In this document: in pieces, positions 48,454 to 60,451 of the stretch
Layout: each line of letters starts with the position of its first letter
Position numbering within the stretch: the first letter of the stretch is position 1
Virus record (IMG/VR): IMGVR_UViG_3300046526_000553
Span: 32,001 to 96,000 of that record
Length of the DNA: 64,000 nucleotides
Reading direction: 5' to 3' (one strand)
Source: a virus
Taxonomy: Duplodnaviria; Caudoviricetes
The notes under the pieces: model-generated
The model's database searches: none
What the model saw: the letters and a program-made list of their open reading frames with translations, nothing else
Told to the model about the DNA's origin: nothing
Made by a program: the position numbers and the translations under genes

Positions 48454-50137
48454 TAGTTCCCTTTCAGTTGTTATGTTAATAACTGGGAGTATACACGAAC
48501 ACAATCAATAAAGCAAGCCTAGGATTTATTTATCTATTTTTCGGCGGGGGTCATGACCAATGTTCTATTCCCTAAGATAGCGATACCACTTTACTGGATG
48601 TCGCACTATGTACCAAGTAAAGTGCAGCTCTAATAAACTCTTACTACCATTCCTGCGTTCAATTTCAAATTTCATACCGCTGGTAATTCTTCTTTGGTAT
48701 CAGGTAGGTTATCATATACCACCCTGTATCTCTTATCTCCACAGAAAGAACATCCTAAAGGTTTTCCATCTGAACCAACCATTTGTGCAGGAGTAATTCT
48801 TCGTTTCGGATTAGTTATATCAACAACCACACTTATTATTGCTCCACAGCCTAAACATTCGTAATGTTTTTGTAATTCATTCACAATTTAATTGTACAAT
48901 GAGGCTTAGCTATACACAATCTAGGTATTGCATATTTAATTATGTTGGTGTATAGTGCTAGGCATGAACAAGAAGCAATACGAAGAATCCCGAGCATTAA
49001 TTGATGAAGCAGATTCTATCTATGGAGACTTACCGGATGGTGCTTACTGGGCAGCATGTGAAGAATTCGGCGCGGATATGTATTTACAGATTGAGGTGGA
49101 TGAATATGAGACAGCTCATCATTTGGGTGTGCACAATAAGGATAAGGAGAAAACGGAATGAGTAAAGAGATAAGTATACCTTATAAAATGGGTAGAGATG
49201 ATTTTAAACGGGTAGCAGATAGAAAGACAGTTACACAGGTTTACAACGCTAGAATATATCTAGCAATAAAACGATCTAATGTTTTAGCGAAAAGGCTGCG
49301 TAATGACTAACCCACACGAACCAACAGAAGAACCGATACATACAATAACAATAGACGGCAAGCAATTTGAACTAGTAAGTAATCTGAATGATGAAGTCGT
49401 AATCCTCAAACCCCTACCCAAACAACCCGAAGAAGAAAAGAAGCAATCATATTGGACATACATTGAATCGTATGCGGGTAATGTTTTACGAGTAGAATCT
49501 GCATGGACTCCAAGTCAAGCCCAACTAGCCGCTGATGCTGTACGGGAATTGCTGAAATATATACAGGGCGACGAAAAACATTGGGATAAGGCTCATGCAG
49601 TAGTAATTAAAGCCCGTGACGCCCTAAAGGATTCAGAATGAGCAAATACAGCATTATCCGTGAACAAGATGACCCATTAGCATTGCGGTTGTCTATCGGT
49701 AGCCCGCATGGATTCGATACTAAAACCAATGGTTACATCGTCTACAGGGGCGATACTAAAGCTTGTATCGATTTGCTTGAGAATGCACTGGAAAAATTCA
49801 AACAATACTATGAAGAACAAGGAGAATAATATGAGCAAATTTAAACATACTTTCGATGACAGCACTCAAGAATCCTTCGAGGCTAATGGAGTAAGTGGCT
49901 GGCGACCTGCAATTGCAATGCCATACTTTGTCGGCTTCGGTCTAAAAAAGAGTAAGTGCAGATGTGGTCGAGTATTTAAAACTGAGGAAGATTTTAAAGC
50001 TCATTACATTTATAGGGCAGTTTGGGAAAATGAAAGCGGATGGATTCCTAAAATACTTGCAGATGCCCAAAGAGCTGGTCGATTAGCTAATGAGCTTGAA
50101 TCTTACGCCATCACCAATGAAGAAAAGGGGGAAAATC

Positions 50138-50545
50138 GTGCGTGATATTAAATTTAGAGCGTGGCATGTCAGTACTGGGAAAATGGAATATAACCCACTT
50201 ACGATTCCCGGTTTACATGAAAGTGACGAGCGAATCAATAATTTCTTTACATCGACAGCCAATAGATTCCAACACCTCATGCAATACACCGGCCGCAAAA
50301 CCATTGACGATAAAGAAGTATACGACGGTGACATCCTTTGCTTTTTTGATAATCACGATACGAAATATATTGTTAAATGGGACGAAGATGAAGGTGCTTG
50401 GGGCATATTTTACCGAGAAAATGTTAATGCCTTCAAAATTGGTATGAGTAGGTCCATGGAAGTTGCAGGTAATATTTACGATGACCCAGAGCTTGTTTCA
50501 CCCCCCGACACCAACCAAGCCAATGAAGAAAAGGGGGAAGTATGA
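50138..50545 (+). CDS. YopX family protein
   Basis: MRDIKFRAW...LMQYTG..D.KEVYDGDIL...EVAGNIYDDPEL. GTG start at 50138. Confidence 0.88.
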   Translation: MRDIKFRAWHVSTGKMEYNPLTIPGLHESDERINNFFTSTANRFQHLMQYTGRKTIDDKEVYDGDILCFFDNHDTKYIVKWDEDEGAWGIFYRENVNAFKIGMSRSMEVAGNIYDDPELVSPPDTNQANEEKGEV

Positions 50546-52061
50546 ATAATTTAGAACTAGACAAAAAATTAGATATTATTCTTACGACAGTGCATAGCCT
50601 TGTGAATACTGAAAGTTTGAAGCAGGACTTAAAATGGCTGGTAAAGACTGAACGTATTGACGAAAATCTAGCTTGTCAACAAATCATGGCTACAAACTGG
50701 AAAACAAGCGAAATGATTGAAGCTGCTAGTAAACGTCAAAAAGAACTTGAAGCCGTTTCACCCCCCGACACCATACGAGGTACACATGAGTAAAGAAGTT
50801 ACACAAAAACTGCCAGTAGCCGTAACCGTCAAGCCAGTACTTAGCATGGTTCGAGCGCACATAGAAGATAGACCTCTCGAATTCAAAAAGTATGCGATTG
50901 AAGTTGCTAGAGAGCTTGAACTGAACGGCGAACAAGAGCTGGCAGACTATATCTACGCTCAATATCATATGATACGAACATTTGAGGTAACAGATTGATG
51001 AAAGGTATGCGCTTACGACTGACCTATAATGAGCGAATATACCTGCTTCGACTAATAGGCGAAGATACTAAATTACAACAGGCATTAGTCTCAAAATCAA
51101 TTCTCAATCTTATCAGTAAATTAACCGAGGATAACAAGTCATGACCAATCCCATCCCCCAATCCGACCAAGAATTACGAAGAAAACTGGAAAAGATGCAG
51201 TTCGCTCGCCGTGTTATTGATACGAAGTTAAACTCCAAAGGCGACGTTGTATCTGCTGACCGAGTTGAATATATACCCATGTCTGATGAATTACTCGACC
51301 AAATCCTACAGCTCATCCACTCCGCCATCACAGAAGCCAAGCGGGAGATGGTGGAACGTTTCGATAGGATTATCGGGGAATATGACCCTTCAAGTACTGG
51401 CGACTCTGACCAAGATTATGCTAACTATATCGGTAATAGATTTAGACAACAGCAGCGCCAAGCCCTAACCAAACTAACCAACGAAATTGAGCAGTCATGA
51501 ATGACCAGGATTTACGGGAAAAACTCGCAGCTTTTGAACATGAGCGGTGGGCTAAATGGCAGAACTATTTACATTCATTCCTTGTCTGGAATAACGATAT
51601 TGAAGCATGGGTACTGTCACACGAAAAGAAAGACCATTGGCAAGGCTTAACCAGAACACCATTCAACATGCTCTCTGAAGAACAGAAACAATCTGACAGA
51701 AAAGAAGTTGACCAATACTGGCCATTGATTGAAAAATACATCGAAGCCGCCATCACAGAAGCCGAGCTGAAAGCACGAATTAATGAGTTGCTTTATCTGA
51801 CAAATCATGCTGACCCCTTGATTATGGATTTAGTATGGGTACAAAATCGTATCAAAGCCCTAACCAAACTAACCAATGAGGTTGCCGGAGAAAAGGAGTC
51901 GGGGAAATGAACAAACCGTTCCCAAAATATGAAAGCAGTTGTCACGGCGCGCCGGTACGATTCGTGCCGAATCAAAAGGTAAAATATTACTGCTCAGAGT
52001 GCGGTGAACCGTGTATTGCAGTACAGAAAAAGTCTGGTGATTCGGGGAGGGATGGGGCGGA

Positions 52062-52331
52062 ATGACAGAGGAATTTAATTGGCCGAAAATGATAAAAATT
52101 GCGCGAGAAAGGTTAGGTGAAACGCAAACTAAATTCGCTCAACGGTTCGCCGTAACGCCTAATACGGTAAGCCGGTGGGAAACCGGCACATATAGCTTGT
52201 CTGTAGAAGCTATAGAATGGCTGCTTAGATATTCCAAACAAGAATTTTGTAAAGTATGTCCGAGATGCAATGGAATCGGTCTTATAAGTGAAAGCAATTC
52301 ACCAGATAATTATGAAAGGAGTGTGTTGTGA
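52062..52331 (+). CDS. XRE HTH regulator with a C-terminal CxxCxG motif
   Basis: ARERLGETQTKFAQRFAVTPNTVSRWETG. Confidence 0.85.
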   Translation: MTEEFNWPKMIKIARERLGETQTKFAQRFAVTPNTVSRWETGTYSLSVEAIEWLLRYSKQEFCKVCPRCNGIGLISESNSPDNYERSVL

Positions 52332-54128
52332 TTCATAGATTTATAGGACGGATTTTCTGCCACTTTCTAGGACATGTCTGGTGGGTTATAGGAACTAATG
52401 GAGTTGAACGTGAATTTTGTAAAAGATGTGAGAAAGGTTATGGAAGGAGTGTGTGATGAAAGCCTATACACCTGAAGAAATCAGTCTTATCAAAAAACAG
52501 CTAAATTTAGATAATATGCCCACTTGGATTGTATGGGCATTCATGGACGAAAAGGGCATAAGCAGTGAACAAGTATTAGAAAAGGCAAAGTTATGAACCA
52601 GCCTGACACCCCCAAAACGCCAGAAGATGAACTGACCGAGATATTATTAGAATTTTTACCGGTGAAAGTCGTAGGGGTTGAAGACCAAGACGGCAAGACA
52701 TGGCAGAAAGATGCCAATAAATTAAAACGTCAGCAACTATTTTTCAAACTGAAAGCCAGAGAGCAGCGGATTGCTACTGCTGCTAGGATTGATGAGCTTA
52801 ATAGATTACGTCGTAATGCTACGATAATACTTAAAACTGAAATATACAGATGAAACGATATGACCGCAAATGATAAACGCATAAAACACCTACAGGCTGC
52901 CCTGCAAGCCGTTGAAGCTTGGCGTGACAGCTTATTTGAAACTGATGCTGATGGAGACAGCTATTGCACAGACATAAAGACTGAACGTAAGTTACGGAGC
53001 ATCAGGGATAGATTGAAGGCTATGTTATGACTCCCCAATCCGACCAAGGAGAAATAAGCGCACAAATTGACGAGATGCTAGACGAATGGGGTTTCAGCAG
53101 TAAACCTGGCAGTCAAAAAGGACGTATGTATAGTTCCCGGTTTTATCATGTTGAATTGAAGAAACAAATCCTCCAGCTATTCCAAATAGCCATCACAGAA
53201 GCCAAGCGGGAGATGGTGCCAAAAAGATATTTAGAAATACTTAATACTCCCGACCTAAAATTTGCTCAAGGCTGGAACGCTTGTCGTAAAGATGTGCTAA
53301 CCAAACTAACCAACGAAATTGCCAGAGAAAAGGAATCATGAAAAAGACTTGGCAGCAATGGAGCGCTTTAGAAGCCTTTATAGTCTATATGACTTGTTTA
53401 GGTTGTATGTTTGTATTTAAGAGCTATAACGTGGTTTTCTTTAGCCTATTAGGTATTCAGATATTATCAGTATTATGGATTTGGGTGTTATATTGTAAGT
53501 GGCCCAAAGGCGGTCAGCACATTGAGGAAGGGGAACCAAGGAGAATCAGATGGCAACAAAAGTAACTAGCGAGGACGCAGACCAGTTATCCGGCGAGATT
53601 GATAACGAAGGTTTTGGGTATTGGATTCAGCACTACGGTACAGGAAGTTTGAATCCTTATCCTGAACTTGTAAAACTTGCCGATAAAGCCTGCACAGCCA
53701 TGAATAAACTTGAAGAAGCATTGATTGATGCTGGTGTACCGCTGAATGAGTAAACAAGCTATTAACCTTGCAAAAGGCGATTTCATTTGTGTTACTAACC
53801 TATACTACCGCTCGGCTGAAGCGGTGGCAGTTGATGTTAATAATTTAAATGAACTGATTGATGCTGGTCGCTTAGCTGAATTGCCGATTGATGAATTTGT
53901 CACATGGCAAAAAGAGCATGAGTTTTACGCCATTGCATATTTAGGAAGTGGAAAATGAAGGCAAAATAACATGACTCCAAATGTAGTTAGTTTAAGATTA
54001 TCGAAGCAGTTGTATGAACTTAGTAAGTGGAGTGATACCTATTTCTGGCATGCTAAGCTTTCAACTGGGGAATATAAAATGGTACCTATATACTTTATCA
54101 ACCCAAAGATTGAGTGATGTAGGCGCTA

Positions 54129-54428
54129 ATGATTTGGGATAAGCTACACCAGCGCTATAATAAGCGCGTGAAAGTATATACCTTTGCTGAGCTGGCTCCT
54201 CAGATTCAAACCGCATTAAACGCCAAAGTGATGCAAGGGCTACTTGGTCGCGATACTGGGCTAACATTGATTGAAGGTTTTGTGTCTACACCGATTCAGG
54301 CAAACGTTGGTGGGAGTTACCAAATAGGTGGGCCTGCGGTGCCCATGGTAGCGGCAGTTGGTAATATAACAAACCAAGTGTATTATTTCCCCATCAAATT
54401 GCTTGTTCCATCGGTCGAATTACAATGA
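54129..54428 (+). CDS. IS passenger, hypothetical protein
   Basis: ORF inside the TIRs. Confidence 0.6.
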   Translation: MIWDKLHQRYNKRVKVYTFAELAPQIQTALNAKVMQGLLGRDTGLTLIEGFVSTPIQANVGGSYQIGGPAVPMVAAVGNITNQVYYFPIKLLVPSVELQ

Positions 54429-54964
54429 GAGACTTTCTGAGAAGGTTGTTAACTACTGAACATAAGGTTGCGGAAGTTAAGCCAAGCGACATTGCTCATG
54501 CACCTTCTGGTGTGGCACCTTTGTCGTCGCCATCACCAAACAATCTTCCGACAGGTGCTTCGCCCAATTCAGCAAGTCCTAGCAGCGTAACATTGGGTGG
54601 TCAAAGCTTTACTGAAGGTAATGTCAAAATGGAAGATGTTAGAGATGTCGTTGATGAAGCCAAGAAGGATTTTATCACGATTTTTGGAGTATTTGCGGCC
54701 TTACTAATATTCCTATCAATTGAAATCCAGGTATTCCAGCAAGCAAAGAGGTTTTCCTACATAATGGGCGTGAGCTTCTTCTTATTGTCAGCAATCCTAA
54801 TGTTCGCACTAGCTATCCATTCGATGTTTAACAGTGATAAAAGGTACGGCTACTACTTACTGTTGTTGGGTCTTATCGTCATGCTCTTTCTTGCTTCGGC
54901 TGCCTGTTTCTTGTGGGGCGTTGAACATACGCTCGCATTCTGGAAGTTATTTAAGAAGAACTAG
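54425..54964 (+). CDS. IS passenger, three-TM membrane protein
   Basis: DFITIFGVFAA..FLSIEIQ and three TM helices. Confidence 0.7.
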   Translation: MRDFLRRLLTTEHKVAEVKPSDIAHAPSGVAPLSSPSPNNLPTGASPNSASPSSVTLGGQSFTEGNVKMEDVRDVVDEAKKDFITIFGVFAALLIFLSIEIQVFQQAKRFSYIMGVSFFLLSAILMFALAIHSMFNSDKRYGYYLLLLGLIVMLFLASAACFLWGVEHTLAFWKLFKKN

Positions 54965-55200
54965 ATTTCTTCCGTTTCACAATTTCTTCATTGCTAATCG
55001 GTGGAGTGTTAGCAAGAGCTTTGATAGCTTGTGCAAATTTGGGGTCTGATTTGGTAGATTTCTTGTTGACCATAGCTAAAACTCCGCAAAGTTATGAATC
55101 TTTAAGTAATGAGGCTATCGCTACGGCTTGCATAATAGTTTCCATACTATCTAAGCCAAGAGAAACTGCTTCATCGTCCATTAATTCATTTACCATACTA

Positions 55201-55818
55201 CTATTGTACCAAACTGACCTTTACCCCGTTTGAAGCCGCATTATCATGTAACATCGCGTACGACGGCGTAACTCCTTTTGGTACGTCAAACGCCACGGCA
55301 CAATCCACCGATACGCCTGGATTTATAGTAGGTAGCTGTGCACACTGGCTGCTGCTCGGATTCGCTGCCGTGGAGCCATCGTTATCCGCACTGTATTGTG
55401 TTCCATCCGCTGCATATACATATTGCGAAGAATCATCATAATCCTGTGATACGGTGCCAATATCCTTGATGGTCATCTTCATCACGCAAAATTGACCGTG
55501 GGCTGTAGCAGTTTCAAATTCATTGTCATTCTCAAGCTGCGTTTGCCCGCATTTGAAAGCGGTGATTGTAAAAGAAAACTTGCCATCGTTGGCCGCTTGC
55601 CCGATTTTCGGAGTGCTGCTGGGTGCGGGCGCAGGAGTGCTGCTGTTTGAACTTGGGCTCTTACTGTCACTCGATTTGCTGCTGGCTACTGTGCTGCTTG
55701 GTGTATCGCTGCTGCTGGCAGCCGAGCCGATAATCCCGATTATCACGAACGCAATAACAACTGTTAAAATTTTGTGTCTTGCGAACCAGTTTTTATGCTT
55801 ATCACCATGGTCTGGCAT
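55201..55818 (-). CDS. IS passenger, DUF4352-like membrane-anchored protein
   Basis: KNWFARHKILT-TM, KIGQ..DGKFSFT, INPG....VAFDVP. Confidence 0.8.
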   Translation of the reverse strand: MPDHGDKHKNWFARHKILTVVIAFVIIGIIGSAASSSDTPSSTVASSKSSDSKSPSSNSSTPAPAPSSTPKIGQAANDGKFSFTITAFKCGQTQLENDNEFETATAHGQFCVMKMTIKDIGTVSQDYDDSSQYVYAADGTQYSADNDGSTAANPSSSQCAQLPTINPGVSVDCAVAFDVPKGVTPSYAMLHDNAASNGVKVSLVQ

Positions 55819-56351
55819 GGGGCGTCTCCTTTACCTTAGTTACTGCGAGGAGTTGCCCCTATTTAAAAAGCGACAACCCTCTAGATTGTCTAGACCAGCA
55901 GCAGATTCGCATCTACCGTTTTCGAGAGTTGCCGCATTTTGATGCGAATCTCTCTCGAAAGAGATAAAAAACCGCTGCTAATCTAGACCCCTAAATCATA
56001 CACTACCGAAGGAGATTTTTACATAAGTTCTTGTCAGACGAACCTTGCTTGTGTAACAGTGGTAACAGGAGCTTCGTGCTTCTTGGCTTTGCGAAGGCCA
56101 ATGTAGATACATCAATGACATCCGTGTTTCGGGTGGCGTAGTTATTCTTCGCAAAAGATGTATCTACTACTGCGCCTCCCAAGCCACGGATGTTTTTTAA
56201 TTGGGGAAAGGAGGGAGCCTATTATGGAGCGTCCTAAAATACCCTACACGCCAAAACGTGTAGGGTTGTAGTCGAAAGGGAGCCGAGCCATCAGAAAGTT
56301 TAGCTCCCCTCTACTTTTATTCTAATGAAACGATGCAAGGTCTGGCGATAA

Positions 56352-57389
56352 CTAAAAAGGCGCTTCGCCATCACTCGGTAATGAGTTGCTCGGTTGTGCC
56401 GCAAATCCTGAAGCGAGCGCCAGCAGCAATGTTCCTTGTGATGGATTTAGCATCTGCTTCGGTCGCTTGGTGCCAGCGATGAGGTTTTTATACAGTAAAC
56501 GTCCGTTGCAATGGCTGAACCAATCGTTAAACTTTGCGCTGTCATCCATGCCACGGCGATTGAAACGGTAACAGAACTCCGCACAATATTTCTGCAAATG
56601 CTTTTTACTGACACCGACGTATATGGCTTGGATGCTTAATTTCAAATGCGCCCATGTACCTTCAAGCGAATTGATATGCGCTTCACCGCGTACGTATTCA
56701 TGTTCTCCGTGATTTACGCGCATACCGATGTAGCCGAGCTTGTGTAGGGTGCGATACGGTCGGTATTCGTCTGTCATCACTGTCGCACCCTTGGCGACAT
56801 GAGACTGTATGAGCTGGTGCACAGTTGTGGCGGATGTGTCGGAAGTCGCCATCAACCGCAGATTGCCTTTACGCTCCAGTATTCCGACGACCGGCGCTTT
56901 GCTATATTGGCTCCCACGCCCTTGAGCGCCTTTGACGCGTTTGTTGTAGTGTTTGTTTGATTCTCGGCCCCCGATGTAAGATTCATCAATCTCAACGATA
57001 TTGCCAAGCAGGTCTTTGTTACCTGAATTTTCAAATCCGTAACGGATTCTTTGCAGCATAAACCAACAACTTTTTTGCGTAATCTTAAGCTCTTTGGCGA
57101 GCTGTACGCTAGACACACCCTTTTTGAAGTTCATATTATAGCGAGCGGCGTAAAACCATTTGAGTAACGGTATGTGGCTGCCTTCAAATATGGTGCCGAC
57201 AGTCACCGTGAATTGTTTGCGGCAGTCGGCGCATTTGTACAGATTGCCATTTTGGAACTTGTAGCTTCGCAGGCTACCACAGTGAGGGCAGAAGCGATTC
57301 TTGCTATTCTCACCCCAGCGCTGTGATTCCAAAAACGCCACACATGATGCTTCGTCGGGAAATTGTTGTTGGAACTCGAATAAACTCAT
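56352..57389 (-). CDS. IS1595-family DDE transposase
   Basis: Zn ribbon CPHCG..YKCADCRKQFTVTVGTIF, plus VEIDESY, MTDEY, VNH, HINSLEGTW and YRFNRR motifs. Confidence 0.95.
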   Translation of the reverse strand: MSLFEFQQQFPDEASCVAFLESQRWGENSKNRFCPHCGSLRSYKFQNGNLYKCADCRKQFTVTVGTIFEGSHIPLLKWFYAARYNMNFKKGVSSVQLAKELKITQKSCWFMLQRIRYGFENSGNKDLLGNIVEIDESYIGGRESNKHYNKRVKGAQGRGSQYSKAPVVGILERKGNLRLMATSDTSATTVHQLIQSHVAKGATVMTDEYRPYRTLHKLGYIGMRVNHGEHEYVRGEAHINSLEGTWAHLKLSIQAIYVGVSKKHLQKYCAEFCYRFNRRGMDDSAKFNDWFSHCNGRLLYKNLIAGTKRPKQMLNPSQGTLLLALASGFAAQPSNSLPSDGEAPF

Positions 57390-57581
57390 ACATTACAGTG
57401 TACTCTCTGTTGTTGGGTTTGTCAAGTATATAGGTACCCCATAATAATTCCTTGTAGGCTTGGTCATCCATATTGTATTTAAGAAGCAGCCCGATAGCTT
57501 TCTTATCATTCCATGGGTTGTAGATGTCTTTATTACTTGCCACAGGATAGATGGTAACATATGGTATGATTATACACAAGC

Positions 57582-57989
57582 TTAAACCAGAACTTCTCTT
57601 CTAGCACCGGTCAGGGAATTGATATAGGCACTTTCATTACCTTCCCATGTCCAATGTTTGCATGGTTTCTCTTTTTGGCAACAAGAATAGCCTGTTTTTG
57701 GGTCTGGAGGTCTCGGGGTGAAAGGCTGTTCTGGGGTTGTGGATAAAGTTGGGGATAATTTAGATGGAATTGATGCAGTATTTTGTGGAAGTTTTAATCT
57801 TTCGGATAATTCTTTGAAAAAATATTCATTTTTAAGTAATTCATCTATCACGGCTTTTACTATTGGCTTGGTTTGTTGCATCTGCAGGTCTTGTTTTACT
57901 AATTCTTCTATATAACGGGACTTATTCGCCTTATTTTTGATGTAAACCCACATCTTTTCATCTAGTGTTATGCTCATTACCTTCTTCAC
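57582..57989 (-). CDS. RHH/CopG-like protein with a C-terminal Cys cluster
   Basis: SITLD..W..I..NKSRYIEELV. Confidence 0.55.
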   Translation of the reverse strand: MKKVMSITLDEKMWVYIKNKANKSRYIEELVKQDLQMQQTKPIVKAVIDELLKNEYFFKELSERLKLPQNTASIPSKLSPTLSTTPEQPFTPRPPDPKTGYSCCQKEKPCKHWTWEGNESAYINSLTGARREVLV

Positions 57990-59099
57990 TTGGCTATTAT
58001 CCTTTCTTATCTGTTAATAATAGTAATTATAATAGTGAATTTGTTGGCTTGCAAGATATTGATGGAAAAACTTGGGAATTTTGATTACGATACTTCGAGA
58101 CATCTAACTCGTTCAAAAACCCGACTTCATTGTAGCGAACACACCCCCTTGCTTATACGTCAACTATATGTTTTATCATGTATACTATACAACTGTTATG
58201 ATAGTACGCAATATATGACATAACATGGCACATTATAAGGCGTTGTAAGCTGTTTTATTTTTGACAATGGTATAGGTATACATCTATATACAATAGTATA
58301 CAGTCGCACAAGCTACAGTGTACGACGTTGTATAATAATCTATAACAGAGGTGATACATTATTGCTACTACATTATATACCACTGATGATATACTTGTTG
58401 GTGTATAGAACTTGGGGTGTATAGCAATAAACTATAGTATATAATGCATTGCAAAATGTGCTTAATATGCTAATGCTTGTCTTGCGTTCCTGCATCAACA
58501 TGTTAACAACCAACCCCAACTATACAACATAAAGCATTGATACTACAGATTGTATAGTATAGGGGGTGTACTGCCATGCTGTAACACGCCATGACATAGA
58601 GTACAATCAATCTAAGCTAACAATCAGACAAGCACAACAATGATACAATCAAGCGTGTAAATAAATGGTACTGACATGTAATGTATACAAAGTACTCTAT
58701 TCAATGACGGTATATAGATTATAACAATGCTACCATGATACAGCATCAATCAACAGCACAACCTATAGCAACGGCGCTACGCGCCGAATAAGCCACTATG
58801 TATTATTGTTAGCTTGCTATCATTACAATCACTCATGCTAGTGCTACACATAACTACTATGCTTACATAATCAACAAATAATAAAGCTATTGTTATACAG
58901 TTCTATATATCAGTATCACTATTATGAGCGTAACATATCAACCATAGTACTTATGCATATTTAGTGATGATTGTTTGTGCTATCAGGTATGCAATACACT
59001 AGCGTATATTGTGCGACTCCCCATTTTTTATATACACATGAGATATAACCCATGCCAATTAAAAAAGCACTAGCTTTTATACTCTAGTGCTTTTCTTTT

Positions 59100-59378
59100 C
59101 TATTTGCTATTACTGTATCTTTTAGCTAGTGTTCGTTCCCTATCTGCTTTTTTAAATTCTTTATTGCCCTGTACCAATTTCCAGAATGCCCGCATCTGCT
59201 GTTTATCAAATTGATATAGGTTATTCAAGCTTGCGTATTCACCCGAGTGTCTATATTCATCTGATACCAGCCCATAAACGCCCTTATGTGGTGCACAACC
59301 TTTATTCAAGTTTTTGCTTGAGCGGTCTAAGCGTTCGCTTAAGCCATCTTTTAGTTTAAACAATTCTGCTATTGTCAT
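59100..59378 (-). CDS. hypothetical protein (stand-alone cassette)
   Basis: Own promoter-like motif and a terminator at ~59061-59094. Confidence 0.65.
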   Translation of the reverse strand: MTIAELFKLKDGLSERLDRSSKNLNKGCAPHKGVYGLVSDEYRHSGEYASLNNLYQFDKQQMRAFWKLVQGNKEFKKADRERTLAKRYSNSK

Positions 59379-59542
59379 GTTTGCCCCTATCTTTTTACCC
59401 TTTAAATTGTTAAGTTACCTTAATAATTATATGATAACGCTAGTGTATATACAAGGTTTAATTTACAACTTGTGTATGTGCATAACCCATAACCAAAAAA
59501 GCGCCTTTCGGCGCTTGATTGCTTATTGTACCTTGCTTTTAA

Positions 59543-59803
59543 TCAGTCTTCCCAAACTGCGATATAAGTCATGTTATACGGCTCAATATATGCGCTAGTC
59601 GCGCCCACTTCGATTGTGCAACCGCTAAACATTCGCATAATCTGGTTAAAATCATCTACATCCCCATCAACTTGCAACGCTACCCCGTTTACAAAATAAC
59701 CATCGAATTTACTTTTTGGCACTTGGCAAGCGATCACTACCTCGCGCCCGATTGTGTTATTAATCTTTTCTGCTACCCGATTTGTTAACATTGTTGCGTT
59801 CAT
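59543..59803 (-). CDS. hypothetical protein (stand-alone cassette)
   Basis: Promoter TTGCTT..GCTGGTG-TATAAT and terminator AAGCGCC-GAAA-GGCGCTT. Confidence 0.65.
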   Translation of the reverse strand: MNATMLTNRVAEKINNTIGREVVIACQVPKSKFDGYFVNGVALQVDGDVDDFNQIMRMFSGCTIEVGATSAYIEPYNMTYIAVWED

Positions 59804-59937
59804 AATTTTTTACCCTATCTTTTAATTGATGTTACAATAGTAATTATACACCAGCGTTATATATAAGCAAGGTTATTTTTACAATATACTTGTGCATAAA
59901 AAAAGCACTGTTTTTATTCCAGTGCTTTCTTAGTTTG

Positions 59938-60390
59938 CTAACTTACCCGCCAATAACCGTAAACACATCGCGTACCATATCTGCTACAATCATACGTGTC
60001 AAGCAACACCCCATCAATCACAGTTGCAACATGCTTTGATAATTTACAAATGATTATCCCGTTTGGTAGTTCGTCACTTCGTAAATGCGTTGTGCACCCT
60101 GTACCACGTGACATGAGCGGAACCCATGTAAACCCTAGTGCTTGCATGATGGCTTTTGTATCCTTTTTTTGTACACCTGTTCGCGCATTTGTGGTATGTC
60201 CACTAATGCCATAGTTACCCTTATTTTTAGCAAATCCGTTTACTAGCTCGTAAACTTCTTTATATGGTTTACCCGTTGCAATTGCAATTGCTCGTGTAAC
60301 ACAATCGCCAGTCGTGCCCTTGTATCCGGCTTGCTCGCGTCCCCCGTCGTTGTAACGGTGTTGTATACCTATGTTTACAAATTCTTGCAT
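59938..60390 (-). CDS. conserved phage protein, possible Cys-His hydrolase fold
   Basis: YNDGGR..GDCVTRAIAIATG..Y...H...VIDG. Confidence 0.65.
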   Translation of the reverse strand: MQEFVNIGIQHRYNDGGREQAGYKGTTGDCVTRAIAIATGKPYKEVYELVNGFAKNKGNYGISGHTTNARTGVQKKDTKAIMQALGFTWVPLMSRGTGCTTHLRSDELPNGIIICKLSKHVATVIDGVLLDTYDCSRYGTRCVYGYWRVS

Positions 60391-60451
60391 CCATACCCCT
60401 TTTTTATATGCACTTAGTTGTCAATCCTAGCGGTGTTATTATGTAGTCAAG

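Larger units (their letters stand above)
48955..53958 (+). other. tightly packed cluster of small hypothetical ORFs sharing short repeats
   Basis: More than 15 coupled ORFs of 60-140 aa. Shared AITEAKREMV, LTKLTNEI and VSPPDT coding repeats. Confidence 0.7.
54081..57438 (-). mobile_element. IS1595-family element carrying passenger genes (~3.36 kb)
   Basis: TIRs GGTACCTATATACTTtAtcAACCC (54081) and its imperfect inverse ending at 57438. Transposase inside. Confidence 0.8.
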
